A program made the position numbers and the translations under genes. Positions 39,064 through 51,200 of a stretch of 64,000 nt of DNA are shown here, piece by piece. A model generated the notes under the pieces. That model had not been told where the DNA came from, did not search any database, and was given only the letters and a program-made list of their open reading frames with translations. The stretch comes from Paraspadella gotoi (taxonomy: Eukaryota > Animalia > Chaetognatha): the NCBI GenBank assembly GCA_051294375.1, contig CM119267.1, positions 25,993,293-26,057,292 on the forward strand, read 5' to 3'. Within the stretch, counting starts at the first letter, position 1; each line of letters starts with the position of its first letter.

Positions 39064-42000
39064 TGAGGAAACGCATATTATTATATTTGAGCAATATACT
39101 TTCGGTTAACATTGCTTAGCCATAGTTCGCAAATGAACTATGGTTAAGCAATGTTAACCGAAAATATATTGCTCAAAATAAAAATATATATTGCGTTTTC
39201 CTCATAAAACGATGTTAATCACCAAATACTATAGACGATATTTGCGACTCAGATGTCTTTTTTGCCTTTGGTAAGAGGAATACAAATTTCGTCTCATAAT
39301 CTGTTCTCTCGATATTATTCGTAATTCTGCTCTGAAACGGGACTCTTCTCTAAAATAATAAACGTTTGTGGACGCTTAGTGGATTCTTTGTGGATTTGTT
39401 TATTTGTTTAATATTGCTTTCTTTTGAAAGAACCCCCCCTCCTCGACCTAGCGGAGAGGGAGAAAGACGTTCGGGACGGAACTCTTCTAAACCGGGGGGC
39501 GGCGGCGCCAGAAAGTTAATAATAAAGTTTCTTATGCCTTGGGGAATCGTCTTGATGTTTAATGGTACCTTAATAAATAATCAAAAGCATTGTCCAACAG
39601 AAACACGGCGACCTCATCCGATTCATCTTCTCTCCCAATCACTGGCCGATCACGTCGGGCTTCACTTCCACGTGGTGGCAGTTATTAAAGAGACGAAGTT
39701 CAGATCGAGCAAATGATTTATTCTCCAACGAATAATACAGAAATCAATTCCAAATAATGCTAATAATGCATATAGATATTCAGCTGTTCTTACCGGCGAA
39801 CAATTGTAATATCTATATGAATATTCAACAGTAAAATAATAAATATTAATCACAATTATTCGCAAAGGAAAAAGTAATAAGACGCAATAGATCACAAAGT
39901 ATTAAATGGCTCTCTCTTATATCCATTCCAAAACGTGAATGAGAAATGTTTACACTCTTTGTACAATAATAAAGTATTTTGTTTACATGCAGCTTCTTTC
40001 CGCAGCCGACGGACAGCAGACGACGGGCCCCGCCGACCGAACGGGCCGTATTGAATAATAAGTGGTAGTCAGGACTTTACACTTTGATTAATTAGTTAGT
40101 ATTTTATTGTATTGTATGAATATCTATATGCTTTGATTATTTTATTAAGGTACTAAATATTAGGACGGGAATCACGTGACTTTCAAGAATAAGCATTTAA
40201 AATAAACATTTGCGGCGCCATTGGTCTCGGGGTCTTTAGTCCGTTTGAGGCTCTACGTCTTCTTCCGTTTACCTTCCCCGGGTCTTGGAGGGGTTTCTTC
40301 AAAGAAATTTGAATTAAGCACCTGCTCAAACGAAAATTTAAACATTTTTTTAAAAATTTGAATAGACAAAAAATGTTAATATTACTCCATATATTAATTT
40401 TTTAATATTTATTTATAAATAAGAAAGGCTAAAAATTTTTTTAGGATTTTTTTATTTTTAGGATAAGATTCAGGTAGCTTGCAAAAATTGTCTACATAAA
40501 GTATAATTCTTTTTTCAATATTTTGATCATAAGTAGGTGAAAAATATGAAAAACTATTTATAATCATCATCATCATCATCATCATCTTTCAATAATTTTA
40601 TTACTTTTTATGATCTATCAGAATCCATTAAAAAAAGTTAAGATTGATTAAAAGAAAATTTTACTATTAAAGAGACAGTAATTATTGATATATGTTAGTG
40701 ACAGAACCGTTCAATATAAGCAGTCCCTGAGCTTCGGATCAGGCTGTAACACCATGTTACAGGCGGGTTAAGCGCCCCGTCTCTCTTAACTGCTAGGCGA
40801 CCACCGGGCTAGAACCCCGGACCTTTGGGTTGGGAGGCGAATGACTTGCCTCCGGCACCAATGGCCGCTGATGAACGGTTGGTGGATTTTAGTCCACCAT
40901 ACTATTATATAATAATATTGTAATTTTGATAGCAATAATAAAATCGAAATTTTTTAAAAAATTCTTTTTTTACCTGAAAGTAGACGTCAAGACTAAAGTT
41001 TTGAACCCCTGCCCCTATTGAATTTAATTTCATAGTAGATTTCTAGTTTTATTGGTTAAAGTTTGAAAAAACAATAAAAATTCTGATGATGATTTTATAA
41101 AGTTTTTTTATTATTTGACCCACTTATTATCGAAATATTGAAAAACACATTATACTTTGTGTAGACAACTTTTTATGGGCTATCTGGATCCGTTGTTAAA
41201 AAATAATTTTTTTACAAAAAAACTTTTTCATTGTCTATGCATTGATAAATAATTAAATGCTTCAATGTTATACTGTGCTTCACTAGCATCGACGACAACA
41301 ACGACAACAAACAGCAAACGCTCGCTCACAGAACGATCGAACGAAGGAGGAGCAAGGGACGATGTAAAAGACCAGGAGAAGGAGGACTTGCTCCTGAGGA
41401 TGAGGAGAGGAGAGCGAGCGAAGTAGGAGAAGGGGAAGGAGATGGACAGTTGAACTGCACGCGATCTGAGGAGCGTTTGGACTTAAAGTTTAAATTAAAA
41501 TCCTTTACTTTTGCCTCGTTAAATTGAGCTGTTTAAGAATTAAATAAACATAGCATTTGAAATCTTTGAGATACATTGGTTAATCGTTTACATGGTGGCA
41601 GCGGTGGGATTCGAACCCACGCCTCCGAAGAGACTGGTGAGCGCACGCTGGCGCTGCGCCGCCAAACGGACGGCTGTTACCACGATCTCCCCGTTAGCTA
41701 CAGAGGTCACGCCGCGTTCCGCCATGCCGTATTCCATCATGTGGTAATGTCGTCGCTCAAAACACCGTGCGATTGCCTCCTGCCGGTCTACGCCATAGAC
41801 GGACGTTATGTCGATGCGTCAGGCGCTGAGTACAGTAAGTACTACGCCCTCTCCGTCTCCCTACCAAACCGACAGGCGCACATCTCCGTCGAGGAGGACC
41901 TCTTCAAAGACGTCGGCGCTTTCATGGCAAAACATTCGGAAGAACTAGCCTTCGACCATGAGTTCACGCAGAGAAAAGGGGAAATAACGGCGGCGTCGTC

Positions 42001-45000
42001 GACGTCATTCTTTCGAAATCTCTTCGACGAGAACCCCTTCACGTCGTGGTGGGCCACCTGGCAGAACATCGCGCCCACTATAGCAGTCGGCGTCATCGTT
42101 ATCACCATCGCGCACGCCTGCTGCGCATGCTGCCGCTGCAAATTCTGTGTGTGGTGCACTCAAAAACAAGTCGACGCGGCGGCAGACTCCGCCGCAAACG
42201 GCTCCGCTCATACATCGGCGCGCCCTTGTCTCCTCCGTAGCGCAGCCATCGATGGAACTCGTCGGCGGAAAACCAAATCAACTAATAAAATTTAGATATA
42301 TAAATTTGCGTGATGTTAGCGCTAGCGTGTGGGCGTGACCGTTGAGAGGAGAAAACGGCTGACGATGCGACGGCCATGGATTTGATATCGGCGTATTCCA
42401 CTTTGCTTTGGTTTCTCGAGAAAAGAACGCGACGACGATGGATTGAAGACGAAGAACGAAACGTGAACTCCCACTGCACTCTATGCATGGCTACCCTCAG
42501 CCTGCAATATTATATTTTAAAACTGTACCTTATCAGGGGCGTTGCCATCTCGATGTTGTACGGTTTTAAGACTGACAGTTTGTTTATAAATTTACTGGCC
42601 TTTTTTATGAATTCTATTAGGACTATATTCTAGACTTATATTATGAACATGTTTTTAACCTCGAATTGTTGTAATAAAACTCATTTGGAAACCGATCGTT
42701 GCCATCTTGAAAGTCAGGCCAGAAAGTTTGAGGCAACTCAAATAATTTTGGTTTTTTACTACAAACGGGCGATTTTTTTCTACGAGGCGGGTTTTCATTG
42801 TAAATACAACAATACAAAGCCCTTGTGCCAGTTATATGCAGAGTTTAGGCATTACAAAACGGCTGGAACATTTTCAGACTTCGTCGTCTGAACCTTCAAA
42901 GTCAGAAACAGTTTTTTCAGCGCTTTTTACTTGTCAACAAACGATATGAAATAAGAAAATTACGGCTCATAACTGTTCGTTGTCCAGCCTGACAAAATTA
43001 TGGAAACTCGGGAGAAACGAAGCGAAATCCTTGATTTACCGTGTGAACATCTCTCTCTGCAGACAAGAGCAAGCGGATTGAACGAGATTGTTGGCTACAA
43101 GAATTTTGAATGTCACACATTCTCAGCTTATCCGACGCAATGTCCTTTTTTAAGATTTTTTTGGTTTCCGCCATAAAACTTTTTGTTATTGCAAATCCAT
43201 TATTATTCTACTTTTTTAAACTTAGGCTCTTTGCCAGTTTTTCTTGAAGACCATTTTATAGTGAAAATAGTATTTCATGAATCTGTGATCTTAAACTTTT
43301 CGCTCTTTAGAAAGAAAAAGTTTCATGCAAATAAATTTAACTTCCGGTTTAATGATATTTTAAAAATTCCCAATAACGGTTGTGTGAGTTTATTTAATTA
43401 TGATTAAATATTTCAGATATAAGCATGCATGTAAAACAGATAATACAAAATTTTTATCATTATTTTTTATAATTATCTAAAAATATTTTCTGAAAACCAT
43501 GGGAAATTGCTGAAAATCAATTATTTTTGACGCCCGTGGCACTTTAACGCTTCTGGGAAAGGCGAGATATTAAAAAAAATGTTACGAAAAAATACATTTA
43601 TTTTTATAGCTCTTAAATACGAAAAGAATGACACCTTTTTCATAACTCTATGACAATTTTCAGCGGAAAAAAATGTGTCTATATTATACCCCACTTCCCC
43701 GAATATCGAATTTTTTAAACGAGGTTTTTTTTCCATCTATTCGAGACATAACACTAACTATTTGGTACTATTAATTTTTTATTTTTTTCATGAAATTTGC
43801 GTAATCAGAGAAACGTTTAGACGTGTCAAAAAATATGGAAAAAAAAGAGAAAAACGTTCTGACAAATTTAAAAAATTATGGAGGAATCTANNNNNNNNNN
43901 NNNNNNNNNNNNNNNTTTGATATCCGCCCTCCTCGCTTTCTTGAAGAGGAGGGGGGGGTCGCATCGACGACAACAACGACAACAAACAGCAAACGCTCGC
44001 TCTCTGAACGATCGAATGAAGGAGGAGCAAGGGACGATGTAAAAGGACCAGGAGCAGGAGGACTTGCTCCTGAGGATGAGGAGAAGGAGCGAGCGAGGTT
44101 GGAGAAGGAGAAGAGAGAGAGACAGTTGAACTGCACGCGATCTGAGGAGCGTTTGGACTTTGGTTTAAATTAAAATCCTTTACTTTTGCCTCGTTACATT
44201 AAGCTTGTTTAAGAATTAAATAAACGTAACATTTGAACTCTGTGAAATATATTTGGTAAACGTTCACGATATCTAAATATTTTTCCTATAGAATCGTTTA
44301 AAAGCAGACTAAAAAGGTTACCAATTTTAAATTGAATTTCAATCAGTTGTTACTTTTTTTAATTTTTATCATAAAATTACTTTTTGATTTTAAAATATTT
44401 GTAAAAAATTAATTTTTTTTAGTATTTATTATTAAATATATTTGGCAAAATTTCAAAAAAATATTTTTATATAAAAATAAAGCTAATTCATTATATTATA
44501 ATCATCAGTCAGAAAAAGAAGCTTAAAGTTTAAATTAAAATCCTTTAAATTAAATTGTTAAATTTCCTCGTTAAATTGAGCTGTTTAAGAATTAAATAAA
44601 CATAGCATTTGAAATCTTTGAGATACATTGGTTAATCGTTTACGCTAGTTAAAAAAGTGATAGTAAATATTGATTAAGTATATAATGGACAAAAGAATTT
44701 TATATTACAGAACTCTTAGTATCTACATCCAAGTAAAATTTTGCTTCATTGTAATGGCGTGAGATTTTTCATTTTTTGTTCTCTTCTTAGATGGTGACTC
44801 CCTCCTTCACTATTAATAGCAACGAATCTTCGTCCAAAAACCTCTTAACGTCGCCACCGACCCAAACGCCCACCAACGTTGCCCCAACTGCCTTCACTAT
44901 CGAATTCGATGATGGAAGAAAAGCGCTAGCGCCGGTCTCGATGAGAGTTAAGAGTTATCTTCCCCCGAGCGCCGACAATCTCCCCGTTTCTAATTCGAAT

Positions 45001-47571
45001 CTCGTCAAAAGAAAACGATTCGAAGAAATGTTTATCGTGAGCGACACGGAAGCGACGTCTCGCGCCCGCGCCTCAACCGTCGCGTCGGCGGCGGCGGCGG
45101 CGGCGGCAGCGTCTGCAGCAGCGAAAAACGACTCTCGCTCACCCTTTGCCAGATCCTCTCTCAGGCGTTGCGACGTGTCGCCGAAAAAGGCGAGCCTGAC
45201 CCGAAGCAAGACAGGGTTCGAACCCCGAGCCTCCGGACCCAAAGGTAAATCGATGAGCGGCTCTGTTTCTGACGGGCAGTTGAGTTCTGCCGGGTCAGAT
45301 TTGGAAAAAATAGAATCGAAAGGCGAAGAGGAAAAGAGAAGGGAAGAGAGGCCGTCGTCGCGGGAGGAAGAAACTCCGAGCGAAACGGGAACCTATACTA
45401 TCGAAGACGATAAAGAGCTGATCGATGATAAAGAACTGGAATTTGCCAGGGAGAGCATCGACAAGGTTTTCGGCGTCCTTGAGAATACTGCCTCGTTTCA
45501 AGTCAATGCCGCGACGATTCCATCCAAAGAGCGAATGATGAATCGAAGTCAAATTGACAACGAGACGAATCAACTCTTTTCCGAGATCGAGCAACTCGAA
45601 CGTTCACGAGTTTTTTCCGTGGAAAATCTCTTGGAAAATCACCGAAACAAAATGTCAAAGAATTCTCTTGAAGAGAAAGAGGAAGATGCCATAACTGAAG
45701 AGCAACGACGAAATCCTTTGGGTCCGATTTGGTTGGGAGGTTCTTATTGCCGCGATCGAGGAATCGTTCCCTCCAAAGATTCTAAATATTCTCGACCATC
45801 GAGTTCGGGTTCGGATAGAGACACGACTCCATCGCCGCCTCCCGCCAACTGGTCCAACGTTTTCACCCCGAAAGATTTTCGGAAAAGCGCCGGCGCTGGT
45901 GGCGCTGGATTCGACGCCAAGAGACGTGGTTCCTTCCATAAAGTCTCGCCTTTTCTCACGCGGTCTAAGTCTATCGGTGATTCCGAAGATTTAAAAAAAC
46001 TCGAAGCAGAAAAAGATTCTGATTCCATGTTGAGTGGGCGGAGAACTTTCAACCGGAAAGATTTGGACAAAATCGGAACCATCCCCACGGAAACGCTTTT
46101 GAAAGATACGGATTCATTAATGTCAGAGCTCGCCTCCAAGTTTCAAACGAAAACTGATATTTCCAAACCCGAAAATTCCGATATACACTCGACACATTCC
46201 ACGAAAGAAGAAAGAGCAACAGCGTCCAGCGTTGCTATCGCTTCTAAGCCTCAATCAGAAAAAAAAACCTTAAGAAAAGCTCACACATCGATATTCATTC
46301 CACCTCGTGATCAAGGTTCGAGTAAACCTGACGAATACTTGAATGTAAGGAAACCAGTTGAAAATCCTGAAATTTCATCAAGCATTACTTCACAAAGTGC
46401 CTCCCACGCTGTCACGAACGGAGTGGTCAAAAAAGATTCGATCCCTAAGAAAATCATCTCTAACAAGAATGGCTCGGAGGAAATTGTAAAAACTCCGTCG
46501 AGAGATTCCAAAACCATGACGAAAACCAGATTAAATAGGGCATTCGATCTTCGTCGTTCAAGATTAAATTCCGACGCCGAAATGTCGCCCGCGGAACCCG
46601 GCGCCGCTGAATCCGATGCCAATTTCAATTTTATGCGTTCCGACGGTGGGCGATTTAGTTTGCGTTCGTCAAAGAGCAGTAATTCAAAGCCTCCATCGCG
46701 AGGTGGAACCGTGAACGAAACCCAGAGATCTTCCCGATCGAATTGCGGTTCTGTCGGAAAGTTGGGCGCCGTTCACAGAAGCGCCTCTTCCACGCGAGTC
46801 GGAGATGGCTCGGGGAAATCCGCTTCGAACCAGAGGGTCGTTTCGGGAAAGTTGTCCGTTGGCAGCAAGAGCCGGTCTCAGCCCTCCAGTCGAAGCTCGT
46901 CCCCTTGCTCGGCGCAAGCCAATTCGTCGAAGCAGAAACAGGCGGAGCAGTGGCAGAGACGAAAAATGTACGACCCGCTTCGAGCCGTCGCTCAAGCCAA
47001 GGCGAACAAGCGACTGCAGCAAAAGCAGATAAAAGAAAGTTCTAGTCACAATGCTGATGATTCCTCGGCGGAGAAAGACAATTCAGTCGGTCAAGGCGAA
47101 GACCTCAACGAGTCAGCCAGATATCTCGGGGAAAACGAGGACGAAACCCGCGCACTTCCGCCTCGCAGAAGTCGAGACGGAAAAGCGACGAGAGGCTTTT
47201 CCGAAGTCGCTCTCAGTCTCGAAAAGTTAACCCAGGGCATTGGAGATTTAAATAATGAGATGTCCGATCATGAAATTCTGGCCAAAATTTCTTCTGCTTC
47301 CGACGAAGCGCCCCAGGCAGAAACTTGCCACAATAATAATAATAATGCAAATAGTGATCAAATGTCGGATGATATCTTATTTGCTATACATGAACTGTCC
47401 TCTAGACTTAAACATATTTCCAATAAGGTCAGCATCCCGGATGAGAATTACTCGGAAGAAAAGATGGCGATAGAAAAAATAAATTTTTCTACAAACATCA
47501 ATCAAAAACTGAGCGAAATTCTACAAAATCTAAAATCAACCGAAAAAAATTTGCTCGCCACGAATAACTGA
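33646..47571 (+). CDS. CEP170: CEP170-like centrosomal FHA-domain protein; exons 33646-33831, 37709-38419, 44791-47571
   Basis: N-terminal FHA: LP..MIFLGRE.CDVILPSKSVDKRHAVI.YD | VKDLSTVNGTFVN.DRIPDQSY.PL...DTLRFG; family motifs TPLYGQP.WW, AFTIEFDD, SETGTYTIE, W.RRK.YDP; both introns are phase 0 GT-AG. Confidence 0.88.
33849..37592 (+). mobile_element. Composite Helentron/DINE-1-like element: family B containing family A (34768-37365)
   Basis: B 5' palindrome 33849, A 5' palindrome AGTCGGATGCTTATCAGCAGATCCCGACT 34770, A 3' end 37337-37365, B 3' end 37557-37592. Confidence 0.75.
39648..40081 (-). mobile_element. Putative 5' LTR plus degenerate tRNA-Trp primer-binding site
   Basis: Minus strand starts TGTAAAG, shares TTGGAGAATAAATCATT..CTCGATC with the 24278 LTR, ends CTGCCACCA, then ..CCCGACGTGAT matching the canonical Trp PBS TGGTGACCCCGACGTGAT in its last 11 nt. 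Confidence 0.5.
40697..40901 (-). mobile_element. tRNA(Gly)-like-containing mini-LTR, divergent subfamily
   Basis: Minus strand: TATGGTGGA..TCCACC terminal hairpin; tRNA-like GCGGCCA...TCGCCTCCCA...CCGGGGTTCTAGCCCGG-TGGTCGC with a 7-bp acceptor stem; no TSD visible. Confidence 0.6.
41593..41639 (+). promoter_or_regulatory. Extended primer-binding site complementary to the 3' 47 nt of tRNA-Leu (including CCA)
   Basis: The reverse complement is CACCAGTCTCTTCGGAGGCGTGGGTTCGAATCCCACCGCTGCCACCA, i.e. anticodon-stem 3' strand, long variable arm, T arm, acceptor strand and CCA of metazoan tRNA-Leu(AAG/TAG). Confidence 0.9.
41640..42295 (+). pseudogene. C-terminal fragment of a class III (chuvirus G / gB-like) envelope glycoprotein
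   Basis: CYHDLPVSY....F.............PC.CLLPVYAIDGRY ectodomain motif, aromatic membrane-proximal region (FTSWWATW), TM helix IAPTIAVGVIVITIA, Cys cluster CCACCRC; no signal peptide and no ATG upstream of the ectodomain motif. Confidence 0.6.
42270..43681. mobile_element. Right-hand part of the hAT-like element seen whole at 56676-58602
   Basis: Colinear with 57363-58602 and ends in the same terminus ...AAAATGTGTCTA. Confidence 0.8.
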
Positions 47572-48249
47572 AATTGTAATACGTTAATTATTTATAAGTG
47601 ATTTCTTAGTTTAAAGCTTTAATTGATTCATGTAAGGGTATAAGATGGTTTAAAAAAAGTGTTGTAATAAAAAAGTAGGCGACTAACTTTTTTATTAGTT
47701 TACTTAGTAATGATTTGCAGGGATAGGCTTTAGGCAAAGCAGGGATTAGCTTTGGGAAAAGCGGGAGAAGCAAGAATTGGCTTTGAGCAAAAGCAAGGGT
47801 TGGTCTTAAGCAAACCTTAAGATGCAAAAAATTGGTTATGAGTGAAGCAGAGGTTAACTTTGAGAAAAAGAGGGAAATGGTTAAAAACAAAAAGGCAGTT
47901 AAGAGAAGGTAAAAGCCAAAAGTTTTAACGCCAGGAACTCCAATGCCCAATAGACCTTTCCGTATATGAACATTTTTGAAATCAAAAAACGAGTATTGTG
48001 TAAAAGGCGCCCATACATCATATGAATTTTTAGAACTTTTTTTTTTTTTTTTTAAATTACAGTAAATGCTGCCAACTTTGAAAAAAATAGAAAAAAATGG
48101 TAAAAAATGTACTTTTTGATAAATATCTTTAAAAGCTTTATTGCAAGAGGAACGAAATCCAAACTATCTTGTAGAGCAGAAAAAATTGACTATGTTACAT
48201 ACCTTGCATTATAAATTAAGTGTTTTTTTACGAAGTAAAATTCTTTTTA

Positions 48250-51200
48250 AAACCTATTGTTTTGGAAAATTTTTGAGAAAATTTTTTAAAAATATTTTTA
48301 ACAATGTTCGTGAAATATTTTTTTTTAAAAATTACGGCGAATTGAATAAAGAGATAATTGCCATTGTTTTGCTGAAAGAATTTTAAAAAAAGGATGATCA
48401 GTTAAAAAGTTATAATTTTTTTTAAATTTAAAAAAAATCACTTTTCTTAATAATTATTTTTATTTAATAGATTTGAACTAGGCTAAAGGGTAAAAGGGAA
48501 TGCACTTTTCTCAGATTAAATAAAAAAATAGTAAATTCTGATTTGACAATGGGTAACTTTAATATTTTGCCTCCCCAGTTCATTAAAGTTTTTTTAAATT
48601 TTTATCATTTTAAAATGGAATTATGACTTTTAAATAAGGTAGTTTTTTTAATAGCGCTTAGTAACGCTTTTGGGCATAAGTGGCGTAGGCGTCGTCATTG
48701 TCGTCGTCGTTGTCGTCGGCGTTCCAAATTATAGATCGCCTTTTTTATGATTAAATTTGGGTGTATGAAGCTGACAATTTATATACAGCTTCTCATCATC
48801 GATGTGCTTAAAATTGAGTCAGGACAGTTATTAAATGTTTTGTTTACGTTTTATCAAAATAAACAAATTTTTTCTCTTTTATTTTTATATATCTTTCTCT
48901 CTCTCTTTTCTCTTTTAATTATAAGTCTCTCTCCCTCTCTCTTTTCACTAATCACTGATTCATAGGGGAAAAAAACGAGCTGCTTCTGCTTCTTGTTTTT
49001 TTTTCTTTTTTTTTCTCTCTCTCTCACTCTGCGTTTTTATTATAAAAAAAATTGAATTAGGATTGAACTCGTAAAATTAAGCATTGCATTCGTGCATGTT
49101 ATCATTTTGCTATCGCAACATGGGATTTTTATTTCGTTTTTTTCTCTGATTAGTGATTAGCTGAGTTTTTCATAATGAAAATTTTGGATTTTTTTGGTTT
49201 TTTTTATATAAACTGTAACTTTAATTTTCCTCGGTCCTTTATTATTTTTTTTTAATTGACAATCGCAAAACTATATTTTTCTTTCTGTTTATAATTAATT
49301 TTTCTCAATTTTTTTAGTCGGATCTGCTTATCAGCAGATCCCGACTCTATAATCACTTTGTCGGTCCGTCGGTCCGCCCCTCAATATTGTCGGGCACACA
49401 CTTATATATGTCGAACATCGAATTATGATAAATTATGCAAAAAAAACGATGTCCGTCCATGTCCGTCCGCCGTCCGTCCCACCTTAGCAAAAAACTCCAA
49501 TTACTCGTGATTGGATGGATGGATTGGTATGAAATTTTGTGTGTGGGTAGGAAACTGTGTGATTGATATGGATATGAAGTTTCGAGGGAATGCGGCGAGT
49601 GGAAATTGGTTTAAATGGAAAATAAAAAAATATTTCACTATTTGAACGCCAATTGCTCATGAGTGGATAGGGCAATTGACTTGAAATTTTGTATGATGGT
49701 AGGAAGTGTGTGATTGAGCTGGATATAAAGTTTCGATGGAATCGTGCGAGTGGAAATGAGTTTAATGGAAAAAACAAAAGTCATATTTACTTGAAGTATT
49801 TACTTAAATTTACTCATATTATTATGTTATTTAAAAATTGGATAGATGAATCGAAATTGAATTTTGTGTGTGGGTAGGAAAGTATGTGATAAAGCTGGAT
49901 ATAAATTTTTTTATGGAATGTAGGAGTGGAAAGAGTTCAAATTAGAAACCAAAGACACATTTATTTGATTTTTTTAAGTTTCTCTCTCTCTATCTCTCTC
50001 TGATTGATTGATTGTTGACCAAATTATGCCAATTGACTAAAATATGCAGTTGAACAAATTCTTAAAGTTGACCAAATTATGCCAGTTAACCAAATTATGC
50101 TGTTGACCAAATTATGCCAGTTGACCAAATTAGGAAAAGAGTTCAAATTAGAAAAACCAAAAGACACATTTATTTGAATTTTTTAAAGTTTCTCTCTGAT
50201 TGATTGATTGATTGATTGACCTAATTACGCAAATTGACAAAAATATGCCAGTTGACCAAATCTTAAAGTTGACCAAATTATGCCAGTTGACAAATTCTGC
50301 AAGTTGATCAAGTTCTGCAATTGACCAAATTATGCCTGTTGACCAAATTATGCCAGTTGACCAAATTAGGACAGTTGATAAAATTATGCCAGTTGACCAA
50401 TTTGCCGGTGACAAATTATGCCGGTGACCAAATTATCTTAATTGATCAATTATGTCAGTTGACCAAATTATGTCAGTAGCCAAATTATGTCAGTTAACCA
50501 AATTATGTCAGTTGACAAATTATGCAAGTTGATTAAATTATGCAAGTTGACCCAGTTAGCTATTACCACTTAATTATCGATTGACCTGGTTTTGTATTGT
50601 GGTAGAAAAGTGTGTGATTGAACAGGAAACCAAGTTTCGATGGAATCTTTTGAGTGGAAATGAGTTTAAATGGAAAAACAAAAAACCTGTTTCACTAATT
50701 GATTATGATCTTTTTCCTTTATATTAAATGTATATGCAGTATGTATTAATAAATCAAATAATTAATCAGTTAATTAATCAATAATTATTATTCAATCAAT
50801 CGATCCATCGTCCCACCTTAGCAAAAAGCTCTAATAACTCGTGATTGGCTGGTTGGATTGGAATGAAATTTTGTGTGTGGGTAGGAAGTGTGTGATAAAG
50901 CTGGATATAAAGTTTCGACGGAATCGTGTGAGTGGATATGAGTTTAATGGAAAAAACATAAGTCGCATTTACTAAAATCTTTTTACTTATTTTAACCAAT
51001 AAAAACTCTAATTAATCATAATTGGATGGATAGATTGAGTTCAAATTTTTGTGTGGGTAGAAAAATGTGTGTAAGATGCTGATATAAAGTTTCGGTGGAA
51101 ACGTACGAGTGGAAATGAGTTAAATTAAAAAATATGAGTCACATTTACTTGAATCTTTTTACTTATTTTAACCCATAATAGATTGAGATGAAATTTTGTG

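Larger units (their letters stand above)
41284..44268 (+). mobile_element. Internally deleted LTR retroelement: LTR 41284-41592, PBS(Leu), env-like fragment, PPT 43943-43958, LTR 43959-44268
   Basis: Two ~310-bp direct repeats containing AATAAA; TGG-starting PBS abuts LTR1; purine tract GAAGAGGAGGGGGGGG abuts LTR2. A gap at 43891-43915 lies between them. Confidence 0.75.

Noticed and set aside
38934-40081. TG...CA element defined by a 14-bp inverted repeat
   Set aside because: No TSD, and the interior is better explained as a minus-strand LTR plus PBS.
41593-41639. tRNA-Leu gene on the minus strand
   Set aside because: Only the 3' half is present, it includes CCA and it abuts an LTR, so it is a primer-derived copy.
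44955-47473. Antisense and alternate-frame ORFs over the large CEP170 exon
   Set aside because: Shadow ORFs of a GC-rich coding exon.
47606-47950. 114-aa minus-strand ORF after CEP170
   Set aside because: Compositionally biased, with no recognisable motif or splice context.
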